From Lepidodermella squamata (lineage: Eukaryota > Animalia > Gastrotricha), in contig JBLDXI010000021.1 in NCBI GenBank assembly GCA_047495785.1, forward strand, positions 1,922,001 to 1,986,000: a DNA stretch of 64,000 nt. Direction: 5' to 3'. Position 1 is the first letter of the stretch; every line of letters begins with the position of its first letter. Positions 26,752 to 40,640 of the stretch are shown here, in pieces. A model generated the notes under the pieces. That model saw only the letters and a program-made list of their open reading frames with translations. It searched no databases and was not told the origin of the DNA. The translations under genes were made by a program, and so were the position numbers.

Positions 26752-29700
26752 ATGCTATTAATCGGACATTCGATACTGCCGTTCCTTCTAACAACGGTCA
26801 TCGCTCACTCGTGTTGCGCTTTCAACCTCGACATCCTTCCCGAACACGTCAGAATCGTGAAAGGCCCCGCTGGTAGCCATTTCGGTTTCAAAGTCCAGGC
26901 GTATCAAAACACTCGAAATGACACCGTACTCGTTGTATCCGCGCCGAAGCTCAACAATTTGGTGGAAGAAAGACCGGGCCGTTCGGTTCTCGTCCGCGGC
27001 CACGGTGGCTTGCTAATCTGTCATCAAAATGAACAGAAGTGCAATAGGCAGTTTTTCTTCGAGACAAAGCAGTCACTCCTCTACAAAGAAAACAGGACGA
27101 ACCAGAATTTCGGCTGGAGTTTACAAGTTGGCGATGTCGCCGATGCGAATTCTCCCCAAGTTCCTTTAATCGTAAGTTTCAAGCGCCATCTTAGATCATT
27201 ATCGGAATCTTAATTTTTAAATTATTTAGGCTTGCGCTCCAATGTGGAGATTTCGGCATGGGAACGTGTCCGAAATGACTGGTGCCTGCTTTTTATCGCG
27301 AATCGACCGCGGTTCAGATTCAATATTGGTCGATGCGCCTCATACAACGCCTTTCTACCCCTGCCTCTATCGTACGTTTTCAAAACCGAGTGCTCATCTT
27401 CTCACCTTGTTGTCTCGTATAACTTTTAGCGGCCCCCTTTTACCCCCCGTTGTGAATTTTGTTTTTCATTCCGAGTTTTTGTTTATTCAAACGTATGTAT
27501 ACAGGTGATAGTCAAAATTGTCAAAGTTCGTGGTCGCCGGTCGGATCCGGCCAGGAAAATCCCATGCGGGAGCACTGCACGTGCATCGATGGTTTTGCGA
27601 CAGCTCTAGTCAAAGTTTGTTTTCAACTGAAAAAATAGTAGTTTTAAGGCGTCAACAAAACAAGCAATATAATGATATAACAGCAGCAGCAGAGTTTACA
27701 ATATATACTCATTATACCGGCGTGATCTAAAAAATGACTTTAAAACTCTCTTCATGATAGATATTTAGATCTTTCAAAGCTTTTACCTGTCCTGTAATAT
27801 GCATGTACAGCTTCCTAGAGACGTAAATAGCCGATAATTTGGTAGTTATAACATATAACTAAAGCTTGTGTCATTGGGCTTTCGATGTCGTCGAATTTCG
27901 GAGCCGTTGAAGTCCGTTGAGCTTCTGATGAGGTTAAAAAAGTTGAAACCCCTCCCCAACGAACCCCTTTTTTATTTCTGAATAATATTTTATTTTACGA
28001 AAATCGCTTTCGATGTTACTCAATACTCCTTGATATAGCTTTTGCTAAATGTGTTGTGCCATTTTCATTTCAGAATATAGCCTTGGTTATCATAGGCAAG
28101 GCTACTGCCAAGCCGGAATGTCTTCAGCTCTAGTAGGTTACCCTTTGCTATTAACTTCGGCGGTAAACAAACCTTGTGATTGCACCTTCGTCTCGGTTCA
28201 TTTTCTGTTTCATGCTAACTTTCGTTTATGTTATTTAATTTTGTTGTCATAATAATTAATCTATCAAAAAAAAATCGGAAATAACCAATGAGAATCGAAT
28301 TTAACCTAACCCCGCCGTTAGACAATCGGTTTTTATGGTGTCCAAAAGCCTAATTTATTTTACGTCTGATATCATGCCTGCTTTGCTTTTTCGGTCTTTG
28401 AGCTGCTTCTATAATATAAACGTAACCTTTTACCATCACCTTTCCAGTTCTTCGAACGGTTCACGGTCAAAAATGGCCGCTTGCATGTCTCTTTTTCAGT
28501 TCAGTATTATTTATTATTTTGTATTCATTTTCTGTTGGGAATTTTGTGCATGACGATAACTTTCACGTTCGGACGGTATCAATCGAATTTTAAAACACGC
28601 ACAATTCGGAGCGGGAAATTGCTTCGAACGGCTATGAATTTCAGCTGCGCTGCTTGATAATTTTATTTTCAGAATATTTAAGGATGCTCTAAACCCAGCT
28701 TTGACACGTCCTAAAAGACTGAATTTTCACAGGGTACAATCGCTTCCAGCAACCAACGTCCCAAACCTAGTGTCATTGCGCTCGGTGCACCAGGTGGAAC
28801 TTATTGGGCAGGTGAGAGATTGAACATCCAGCATTTTATTCGAATATCGAATGTTAATTAAGGTGGAGCTTATGCGGCCCCGCTGCACGGCGCATGGATG
28901 GTGAATAGTAATTCTGTTCCCGATTTCAAAATGATCGCAGCTGGACCGAAAGAAAAGCGCGACAACAATTCTTACGAATTCGATAATGGGCTATTCGGCT
29001 ACGCCATGGCTGCTTACTCGGTCGACATTCCTCAGCGAAAGCAAACATTACAAGGCCTTGCTATTTCCGGCATCAAGACAAAAGCGCTGGGCGAAGTCGT
29101 ACTGGCTTCGATGTCTTTAGCTCGAAACGAGGCTTCCATCAATTATTTCAAAAACAACTCTGTAGTTCGAGGCACCCAGCTGTCGGAAGGTTTCGGGAGC
29201 AGTTTAGCTTGTGGCGACGTCAACGGCGATGGCCTGCCGGAAATTTTCGTCGGCGCACCGTTTTATTTTACGAACGCCACGGGAAAACCGGGCGAGACAA
29301 GCCGCGACTCGGCTAGGTCGTTCGACTCAGGCCGCGTCTACATCTTCTCAACTTACCTTGAACAATCTGATGTCTACGGCGACTATGGGCCGCCTTACAA
29401 CTTGGTCTTTCACGACTATTCAAAGATGGTAACACTTGAAGGTACTGAGAGTGAAGGCCGATTCGGAGCAGCTATTGACTTCTTAGGTAAGCTAATTTTC
29501 GATCTAAAATGGTGTAAATTGTTATCAAACCTTTCGAACAGGGGATATAAATGACGATGGATTTGGGGATATTGTTATTGCGGCGCCGTTCGGTGGGAAA
29601 GGAAATTTAGGCGTAGTATACATCTATCTCGGATCGGCGACGGGATTGAGTTCGAAGCCGTCGCAAACCATCGAAGCGAGTCATTTCCCAGCGTTTGCCA

Positions 29701-31992
29701 ACAGCCAAGTCGCTACCCGCCCGGGCTTTTTGCGCTCGCCAATGTTCGGCTACACTGTTCAAGGCCGCTACGACGTTGACGGCAATGACTATCCCGACCT
29801 ACTGATTGGCGCAGTCGGCGCCGATGCCGTCATTGTTGTGCGAAGTCGGCCCGTCGCTAAAATCAGCGCAACTGTCACCGTTGACCCGAAAATCGTCGGC
29901 ACAACTGTAAATGGCGTAGTTCGGAATGACTGTCGCCAAGACGTTGACAACTCGACGTACTTCTGTACAGAAGTTTTGTACTGCTTCAGCTACAAAGGCA
30001 AAAGTTTACCGCCCGCTTTCGAGGTCGGAATGACGATAGATGCTGACGTATTGCTGACCAGCAGTTCAGTGACAAGTCGCGCGTATTTCGACGACGATAA
30101 ATCCAGCCATTTCCGGCGGCTTCTGATCAGATCCACGGGGATGGCATGTGGCCGCGAGAGAATTCGTGTCCTCCGATCGCCTGTCGACCTGCTGACCCCA
30201 ATTGTTTTCCGAGCCACTCTCACGACTTTACCCCAGGCGAACACTGCTGATTTAGTGCCAATTTTCGCAACGGGCGAGACTTTCACCCAGAACGCTACGG
30301 CAGAGATTGCCAAAGATTGTGGCCCTGACAACATTTGCATACCCAATTTTAAAATCGACGTTTCGAAAAGCCGGCAACGAAGCGTGATTCTCGGTGATAC
30401 CAGGGCCTACTTGCTGAACTTCACCGTTCGAAATGACGGCGAAGAGGGCTATGGTGGTAAAGTGACAGTTTCAACGCCGATTGGTGCTCGGTTTAACGGT
30501 CGTGAAGTGTTCGAAATTTTGGCCGATGGTGAAGTTAGCAAACTTCAACTAGCTGAACTCGTGTGCTCAGTACATTCAACAACGGCTGCTGCGGCAGATT
30601 CGCTGCCTGAATATGAAATATTCGCTTCACCATCTTTGCTCCCGATTCCTGTCAACACGACAACAGGGCAATACGTTACCTGTAACCTGCCTCAGCCTTT
30701 CCGGAATGGACGAATGGTTAGTGATTAACTAGTGATTTTTGTCTATTATTTTATTCGGAAAATTTCAGATTGAGATTCGAATGTCTTTCTCGATGGGTTC
30801 TCTGGAAATGGCCGATGATAACTCTCCAGAGGCCAAGTTCAACGTGTCGGTTTCGAGCATCAACCCCGAATTGAACGCTACCCTCTGGGATAATCGAGCA
30901 CAACTCGGAGTTAAAATTCGGCCTGATTTGTCAATAAGCATGGAAATGTGAGTTCTTTTTGAACCGATTTTTTTATTTTTATTTAATGTAATTTTCCAGA
31001 TCTCGCGAACCGGAGCAAATTGTTTACGAGGAAAATGAATACTCCTCCCCGGCGCATTCTTACAGTGGGACAATTTTCGAGACTGCAGTCGGCCCGCACC
31101 TGTTCCTCGAGTTCTACATTCACAACAGCGGGCCTACAACAGCAGCGAAAATCGAGCTGTCAGCCCAGTGGCCTCAAGACCGAATTCGAAATCACTCGCT
31201 GTTGTACCTGGTCGAGACACCGTACTTTCTACGCGGCCGAGGCCGGTGTTATGCAGGCCCACCAGTTAACCCGCTGCGACTCGATATGGTTCCGATGCCG
31301 AATCATCGGCTTTCGCGGCCCAAGGGTGGCCCATCATCTGCCGCATCGACGTGGAACGACGCTGATCCTAAAACGCTTCAGTGCTATGCGCTGAATATTG
31401 CAGCAGGCGACTACGCTCGAATCGTTCTTCGGACTCGCCTCATCGCAAGAAACATTAATATGGTAAGCATCATTAGACACTACTTTATTGACAGCTCTTT
31501 TGCTCGTCTTTCCTGGGTCAATAAATTGTGTCTATTAAATCGAACAAAACTTATTCGTAACAGCATCATTAGGTCTTTTATTGCCTGCACCTGCGCATTT
31601 GTCGCAATCAAGTATTTCTTATTTTTTATTCATTATTGTTGTTGCTATTCTAGATCTTTGTTAACGATCGATCGATGACTGTGGCTGCTACCGCTCGCGT
31701 TGTCAAGTTGCCAACTACGCCCGTTGTACCCATCGACATATCTGTGACGTCACTCGCGCGAATAGAAGTGGTGACAAGAGTTGGCGACTTCTCGCTCGCC
31801 CACGTCGATCTATGGATTATTGCTGTCGCGCTTGGCGCCGGCCTACTAACTGTCGTGCTTGTTCTGTTATCACTTTGGCTGGCTGGATGCTTCGATCGGA
31901 AAGTGCGCCGACCAAAGGCGGACTACGTAAAGTTGGCTACGTTCGATCCAATAAAGACTCAAGCGAAAAGAGTGCCGATTTTCGGGGAGTAA
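26752..31992 (+). CDS. Integrin alpha subunit (~10 exons)
   Basis: Signal peptide then FNLD mature N-terminus; FG-GAP repeats with DVNGDG/DINDDG/DVDGND Ca-binding motifs; YCQAGMS; RSRPV; DCGPDNICIP genu; TM LWIIAVALGAGLL; tail GCFDRK. Confidence 0.96.
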
Positions 31993-34900
31993 AAACTATG
32001 AAGAAGGAATCACGGCTACTCAAAGCTTCCGGTGTGCCTCGTCAATAAAAAATTCAATTCTCATCAAAAAATTTGCCCAAAAAATTATTATAAATCAGCG
32101 ACTGAAAAAATATTGCTATTCCTATTGCTGCCGTTGTAAATAGGAAATATGTGGAATTTTGTGCTTAATTTTTTATTTACGCCGTTTCTTTTGTTAAAAA
32201 TGACATGACAGACAAGACAATAAAGAAGACATGATTGACATTGGCCGTTGTTTTTGTCACTCAAGTGTGATGTTAATTATCGCAAAAATAGCTACTGAAT
32301 TATAGATATATACTTAATCCTTCGGCGCGGTCAGATTTAATTTTATTTTCGAGTTTTTCTCCGCACTCGGCATCTGAGGCCGTGTTTTGCTTCAATTATC
32401 GACACAGGGCTCGAAATGCGGATCCCACTTGATCTAACTTCCTCTTTAGCTTATTACGATATTGGCCAATGATATATTGTAAACAAAGGCCGATCGACAA
32501 ATACAAACGACGGCTCATTTTCTACTCCAATCGAGAATGTGTACATGTACACAAAAAGTATGCAGTACTTTTTACAAGCATCAGGATAGCTCAATAGCAA
32601 TACCGGAAAGTTGCACCACACTGCGGTAGGTCATCTGCAAGGCAATGAAAGCCATCTATTATACTCACCGCGGCAGCGACAAGAGTTTTTTAAACCATAT
32701 TATACGAGGGGCCGATCATATTACGTATAGCTGCTTAAATTGCTCTTATACATCTTGGGGGAAATCATTGGTCTAGTAATCATTTTAGCGCATTCTCAGC
32801 TAAATGACGGGAAATCCCTTGACCTATTTTGCTTTTTGTTTAAAAAATGCATTCACGGACGATTTTTACGTCCCATTAAAATTGCCGCCGGTGCAGGTTG
32901 TATGGCATTTAAGGGGGACGCGTAAATCTTATTATATGTGTGCCGCGGCGCGACGTTTTTTGTCGCGACAGGTCAAGAAGCCCTAAAATTTGCACTACTT
33001 ATTTTGGGAAGCGAAGGATATTGCTGTAATTTTTTCTGGATGGCCACTTTTAGCTTTTGATAGCAAGCGGAACCCTTGAGATGAGTTCAACTGGATTAGG
33101 CTGATTTTGTTAAAAGCCGGTACACATTGCCGGCATTTATACACACGCATCTTGATCGCCTGGCTAATTTCGCAGCCAGTCTCCGCCCCAAGTGCAAAAA
33201 TAATAAGTGAGAAAACTAAGTTTACATCGCCCACTTCAAATTAGCCAGTGACGCCTAAACAAACAACATCAACACCGTCCAGTGTCAACGCCATTTTAAT
33301 CTTTTGTCAGTATTTAAGGTAAATATTTTAATACGATTTTTTGAAGTTAATATCATATTGAATGATCGAGCTGTTATAATTACAAGGCCTGGTTTTTTTC
33401 ATTCGTAATGTCGAGCAAAGGCTGGACGAGTAACTTATACCTGAGTATTTATGTAGCCCTTGAGCCCCTTGTTTGCCCTTTTATCGGCTGCTCGTTCGCG
33501 TCATCGACGTTTTTGGCGAGCCTGGCAGCGCCTGGCGTTCGAAAATTGGAAAGCGCACCATGGTTGTAGTATATATGTTGCGATGACACACAGACAGGCA
33601 GCGGTGTAAAGCTACATCGGCGGTATTAAATATTTAATAAACAATAACAACAGCAGAAAACTATGCGACAGGTCGACGCTGCGCGACCAGCTCATTTATC
33701 GCGGAAAATAACTCGAGTTATCGTTGTTTTATATTTCTAACGCCGCTTGTTATCACATGCCACTTTTCGCTTATTATACATTGTCCGCCGCAGCCGCCGG
33801 CTGTGTCTTGTTCCTACGGCAGCGAGCAGACGGCAAGAGGCTGCTGGCTTTTCGTCCAGCACCGTTTTATTTTGAATTTTCGTATCATATCTGATATTAT
33901 TATATTAATATATAATACTGTTGTTACATCGGCGGCAAAACCTTGCGAGGCGAGACGCGCGGCATTTATTGCTGAACAAACACTTGCTAAATGAGCGGAG
34001 CTATTTTACTCATCATCTGCTCGCTTTTGATGCCGCTTGAAATGACCAGCTACAGTCGCTCTCTGCCACACGAGCCTCAGCAGATTCAGTTCCGTGTTTG
34101 TACTGCTTAATGCTCCGTTGAAGAGCCATTTATTAGTCCAGTTCCATTTCAATAAAACGCTAACTTCTCCTTAGTTACGCGTATGAAAATCAATTTCCTT
34201 ACCTCGCTATTCTTATTGCGTTGATTTGTTCTTGTGGCAATGATTTAACCTGGAAAAAACTCCGTGCTTTTAGTTCATTTTCTGCTTCCATTCAAATTTT
34301 TATCTTTATAACTTATTTACACAAGCAAGGTAATAATTGATGTCGAAAAGCAGTTGATTAGTGTATTCTCGACTGAATAGTCTCGGGGTTAAAAAACGAG
34401 GAGTCTATTCAAACAAAAACAAGTAGTTTTTTGTCAAGTAGCTATTGTAAAATAACTATATTAATGTTAAATATTGCGGCTTTGCGGCTGTGCTTCATGA
34501 TTTTTGCGCGCATGAATTGAGTGCCTAATCGGTCTTTCGTCTATACACCTGCGCTCGCAAAAAATTATCAAAATCAGCAATGCGACAGGCGGCGCGCACG
34601 CGTGTGTCACATGCAAGATGCCGTTGCCATGGGCGACGGTCATGTTAAAGTACATCCGTTATGTGAAAAACATCGTAAAAAACGCGAGCGTGCGCTTAGA
34701 CGATAGAAGTTCTGAATATATAAAATTATTATAGTGATGTTTCATCGAGCGCGGCCATAGTAATGCCATTATATAGTAATAGAAACATAACACAGCGTAA
34801 TATAGATTATAGCTAATTCATTATTGGGCGTTTAATAATTTAACGCCTTATTACGGTGATAGGAAATTTTGGCAAAAGGCAGTGCCGAACAGCGATGCGT

Positions 34901-36409
34901 TGTCAAGACTGTAAAAAGGTTGCATTGCTTATCGGCTTCATTAGGCGGGGTGCGAGCGATTTCGCTTGGCACCGCGTTTATTTCTGCCCGCTATCGATTC
35001 GCCGCTCCATGACACCTCGACAGCGGCGCGTGAGTTCGGAAGCACTCACCCGACTGCAGTTGTTATGAACGAGCGAGCGAACAGTGGCAATCAACGCGGC
35101 ATCTCGCCTACCTGTTTTGAGGAGTTTATTTATTAAACACGGCCTGCGCCTGCTATTTTTTTAATACGCGCCCACGAGTGGGCAAAAGACGGCTAATAAT
35201 TGCGTTTACAGCCGATCTGCGCTTGTTTCCTCTCCCCTTCTTACACCGCAGCCGCAAAAAGCCCGCTGGAGGCTTGTGCGAGCGGCCAATTTCGCAGCAG
35301 AGCGTCTAAAAACACGACACCAGCTATTTTTACGCTCGAGTTTCGATTGTGCTACTGCTGTGTTTTAGTTATAGTAATAAGCATTATTCGTGATTATTGT
35401 GGCAAAGTTATGATGACCGACGTGAGTGAGTTTATAAACTACACTGCATACTAGTCCCCCCGCGAGCGAAAAATTACGCGTGAATACGATTGAGATGTTT
35501 TTGTTTTTGCTCTAGGATCCATATCATAGGAAGCACCCAATTAAGTGTATGACATCAGCGATGTCCGATGAAGATTTGGAACCCGAGTCATCGCTAGTTA
35601 ACACGCGACCTCGAAGCTGACGTATAGTTTCTGGCACGATTAATGATGTAGGATTAGTTTTTCGATTTTAGATTGAGCCTGAAGCATTAATCCAGAAATC
35701 TTAATCGTACCTCCCTTTGGCTGTTCCAAATTACAATCCTGATTTCATTTTATCATTCACGCGTCACGTTCTTAATCTCTGAAGATCTCTTGTGAATAAC
35801 TTTCGATTTTTTACTGTGTGACCTGCTTATGAAGATTTGCGAATATTCCCTAAGGGGCAAGCGTCCAAGAGCCTCTCCTTTTTCCTATTATCGGTTGTTA
35901 GCTCTAGGTTTAACACCTTGGAGGAAAAACCCCGCATTATCGCTGCGAGGTTTTTTGCTTCCTTCAGGCGCAACTGGCTACTATAATATTAAAAGTGAGC
36001 GGGTAATAACTAGCCAATAGGGTGGCTCTTCCTCCTCCTCCTCGTCACCACTTCGCACTGCGACAACTCGGACTCGTATAATATCGCATGTGTTACTTCT
36101 TATTAGAGGCTTGGTAAACATACACTGGCTGACCCGTCTCGCTCGTTCGCATCACATCATCATCGCGGTGTTCTCACCTTGTTTTATTAGACGCACTTGG
36201 ATTTTTTACGCCTTGCAAAAAGAGCGACACTTTTGTAATACAACCTCGTCGCATTATTCGCATTACCGATCTTTGTGTATAGGTGTTTACTAAGATCTCA
36301 GAATTTCGCTTCCTGCGAGCGGCGGAGGAACAAAAAAATAAATTATCACCGCGTCGTTGTAGCCGCAAGAACGACAACGGCGACTTGATCGGTGCAGTTC
36401 GTGTAGTTA

Positions 36410-38564
36410 ATGAAGCAGCCCGGTCCTGCTATCGGCCTCATCGCCTATCAGCATCAAACAGCAACTTCGCAAATCTTCAACGAGAACAGCCACGCTATGA
36501 TAGCGTCGTCGTCACGCCCCACTGCTCCCAACTTGGCCGTGACGTCGACGTCACTAGGCCTACAGCGCCAGCAGCACGCGCCAGCCATGCCGAGCCAGTC
36601 GCAGGCGTACCGCCGCGGAACTTCGCTGGTTTCGCTCAACGCCAGCCCGATGTCGAGCCAGGACGTCAGTACCATCAGGGACGCGCTTCTCCGCCACGAT
36701 GCCTCGCTCAGCCGAGCCGGTGCCGCCGCCAACCACTTGCAACCTGTCGATCGGCACTCTCTTGCCTCAAGGTCACATTTCAGGTAAATCCGATTGGAAA
36801 CCACAATTTTTTATGACGAAAACCAGCATTTGGCATTGGCCCAACTTTAGCATTCTTTTTTTATGCGGTAAAAGGAATTCCGAATTTAGGTATTATTACT
36901 CTTATTGGATCAAACTTTTTTACCGTGAAGTTATTTATATTCTGCTCGATCAACTCTGGATATAATTAACGGAAATTTCATTAATATTATAAAGGTGTCA
37001 AGTTCATATTTTTCACGTATTTTTCGCGCGAAGCAACTGAGATTACGGCGCCGTTCTCATTTTAAATTGGCCTGCCATGATTGAGGGGCCGTCTTATCGG
37101 ATGCTATAAGAAGGACGCAGTTCTCAGTTGCTAAGCAATTGTGATACGTTCTCAATATCAAGACGAAAAAAATTGCGTCCTATTTAAAAATGATTTTCAC
37201 TTTTGTTTCAGGGCCGACCCGAACACAGACGTTCTTGCTCAACATTTAAGGTGGTCGACGGCGCCGACAGCATCAGCCGGCAGTGCCGGCTTCGCGGAAA
37301 CCGAGGTACTGGCGGCGGCGCGTGACAGCTATCACCCGATCGCGTCGCCGGCTCCCAACATGCAAATATCGATAAAGCAGATAACAAAATCGACACCCTC
37401 ACAGCCGCAAACCGCGAACCATCAACAGTCGTCGCCGCTGCCGCCGTCGCCGTCGCCAAACCAGCCCGTGTTGCTGCTCAACCAACATCGCCAGCATATC
37501 AACAACGCCGGCGCCGCGCAGCAACAACGCCTCGTGTCTGTCGAAAACCGCCCGGCTACAACGTCTTCCGCCACGCCGGCGCCCGGCGCGAAACACCCGA
37601 CATCGGCGGCGATGTCAGCCGCGTCGACACCGCGAATGTTGCCAGGCACCTCCGAGCTGCGAAAACAGTTCGACGTGTACCAGCGCGGCACGCCCTTTCT
37701 GCCATCGTCCTCGTCAACTAAATACTTCTACAAGCCGGAACACGGGTGGCTCGTGAAGACGATTCGAGATCGGCGAAACGTCAACTCGTCGTCGCAGCAA
37801 CAACAACGGTTAGGCGCTGCGTCGCCCGGCGCCGATCAACAACTGCCCTCGCAGCAGAGTATGGAGGTCGGGAAGCTGACGCCGGTGTCGGGTAGCCAGA
37901 TGCGCACCACGCCGCCGCCTCGATCGCCCGGTACAACGAGGCCAGGTGCGCGCAACTCGGCGGCGTCGTCGTCGGCGCCGAAAATCTCGTCCTCCGCCGG
38001 CATTCCCTACGTCACTGTCGTCGACTTGAATGCGGACAGTGACGGCGTGGTTGATGCCGCCGAGAACCAGCTCAAATCGAGTGGCGCCGTGTCCAGCCCG
38101 CTTCGCACCTCGGTCATGACGAAGCGGCTGCATCAGGCGCCGGCGGCACCTCATCACCCGACCCCCACCGCCGCACCCCCTGGAACCTTATTACAGGTAT
38201 TTCACAGTAGTCAAATCGATCAATTATTTGAATCCTAATTTTTCAGGTTGATGCCTCGTCGCCTGGTGGCCATGCTGCCGCTGCTCAAAACCAGGCGCGC
38301 GTGCCATCGGGCAACAGCGGCGCCATGATGTTGACCTCGAAACAGCACCCGGCCGCAATGCGGGCGAAAAAGTTGCGCGATCTATTCGCGTCTTACGATG
38401 ACTTTAAACGCGCGGCTGAAGACTACGCTAGCAATTTTCCGAAACTGCCGCTCGACCTGACATCATCGCCGTACCTCAACGAGGCGAAACAGCGCCAGAT
38501 ATGGTGTTGGCTGCATTACGGCGAAAATATCAGCGACGTTGAGTACCTGCTCAGCGTTTGCTGA
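36410..38564 (+). CDS. Uncharacterised S/P/Q-rich protein with a compact C-terminal domain (3 exons)
   Basis: Exons ~36410-36784, ~37212-38197 and ~38247-38564 with canonical splice sites and GC-rich codons; ordered-looking C-terminus KQRQIWCWLHYGENISDVEYLLSVC. Confidence 0.7.
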
Positions 38565-38900
38565 AAACACACATTCCCAGTTCAGGGTCGGCGGTGAGAA
38601 ATATTCCATGAGTTTCGAAAATTTCTGTGCGCTGTTTTTCTCAGTTCAAATTTCGAATTGCTGTTCATTGTCTCTTTTTGTTTTTCACTGTATTGTACAA
38701 AAGTTTCATCGATGAAGCGGATCGTTCACAAGTTTTACAATATGAATTTATTGACTTATATACTAAAATTAAACTACACCCGAATACTATGGCAGTGTTA
38801 TTGCTAAAACTGATGATGTTGAATAACTTCAGCAATCGACATTGTTCTGGTTTTTTTACAATAAAATCAGCTAAAATGCGAACAATTGGTTGCATTTTTT

Positions 38901-40640
38901 CTACAGATACTTTGCCAACAGTTCAGCAGCTCTGGCGTCGGATGATCGACGCAAGGTATTGTTCAGCAGTAGACTCGGTCCATTAGATCGGCTCGATGAA
39001 GCGTATCGGCTGTAACTCAACGAATTATCCGCAACACCCGTAGTTGGTAGATACGACGACGTCTTGCTGTATGAAGGGGTCGATGACGATGCGCCTAGGG
39101 ATGTTGGGAATGAGTTTAAAGTTAGGCTTTTACTGCTGCTGCTGCCATTCGTCATCGGTGTTGTCGGTGGGGTTGGCAAATAACTACTGCTACCGCGGCC
39201 ACTGCTCGAGTAGCTGTAACGATCACCAGCCAATTTGCCAGATAATGCCGAAGCCGAGGAAGACGCTGAAGAATTCGAAGACGACGTCGAGTAACGGCGA
39301 TTGCTGTAGTAAGAGCCGTAGTCAGGCACGCCGCCGTTTGTTAGCGATGCAGATGAAGTTCGCCAGTAGGCCGGGGAAAAAGACGAATCGCCGCTTCGGC
39401 GATATCTTGACGACGCCTCTCCGCTAGAGTCGCTGCCATCGTTGACGCCGGACGACGACGACGATGAGTCATCATTCGTGTATGACCCTCCTGCTCTCCT
39501 GTCATCCTCTGACAATTCACGAAGTCGGCCGATTCGAGACACCTAAAATTGGAGAAAAATCAACCTTAATTTGCTCAAAGAAACTCAAATCAGTACCCTT
39601 TCGTAGCGACGATAGCCATCGTCCATGTTTAGCTGTTGTAAAATCTCGGGTAGCACCTCTTTACCCGACATATATTCTTCAACGGCACATGAGCTGGTCT
39701 GAAGCGTCATCGAAACGCCAGGCATGCTCTGCCGCCGTTCTGTTGTCGTAAGCGTACGAGAATGCCGGCGCAGCTTAGGCGTGGTCTGGTTTCTTGGATC
39801 CACTTCAAGATCCTGCGTGTTCACAAATTTACAAAAAATTGAGTGAATTTCAAAAATGACGTGTTTTCCTATTTTAGCTAATTGGTGATAGAACTAATTT
39901 TTCAGAATTAAAAGGATGAGAGAAATGAATCAACTCACGATTGTTTCTTCGACCTCGCCCTCCACCTTTCGCTGCTCCTCGGCCTCCAGATTAAATCCAC
40001 CACTTCGGGTGATTGATCGGCGACCCTGGCCATGTTCTTTGACTTCTTCGTCGTTTTCGTAAAAACTGACAACGCGCAGTGGCGTGGCTGAAGCAGGAGG
40101 CGGGCCGAGAACACTTGCACGGCGAAACTCGCCACTCTTCAACAGTGCCAACATTCTCTCACCGCGGCTTGATACCTCGTCGTGGGAATCCTGGGCTGTT
40201 GTTTCAGCGGTCGTTTGGGCTGACGATGGCGGTGATGCAGCATTACTCGTGTCGTAAACACGATCGCTAGTAATATCTGTCGCGGTGGCGCTGTTATCTA
40301 GACTCAGAATGCTGTTAATCTTGGAAATAGACGCATCAACAGCGGCTGGTCGCATATCAGCGCCCGCCGGCATGCTCAGGCGGTGATGAGCGAATGACAC
40401 ACTTTTTGCGTAGTTGTTTCGCTGTCGAAAAGTCGAGCCAGCAGAACTTGGATAAGCGCGGTGAGCCGGCGATGGCAAAGGTGAACGTAAAGACGACAGT
40501 AATGCCTGGCGCGGATTAGTAGCACCGATACTGTTCAAACTATCACGGCTGCCAAAACGAAACTGGTTGGCTCGTTGTTGTTGCTGCTGCACTGCCGCGG
40601 CAGCCATGCTGAGCGGGTGACTTAACTCATAGGCCGGCAT
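38901..40640 (-). CDS. Uncharacterised serine-rich, probably disordered protein (3 exons)
   Basis: ATG at 40640 (MPAYELSHPL); exons ~40640-39938, ~39812-39596 and ~39543-38901; long ORFs with coding-like composition. Confidence 0.65.

Noticed and set aside
27905-27955. CTGATGAG...GAAAC resembling a hammerhead ribozyme core
   Set aside because: Stem II (GGTT/AGTT) is mostly G-U pairs, and no convincing stems I and III with a cleavage triplet were found
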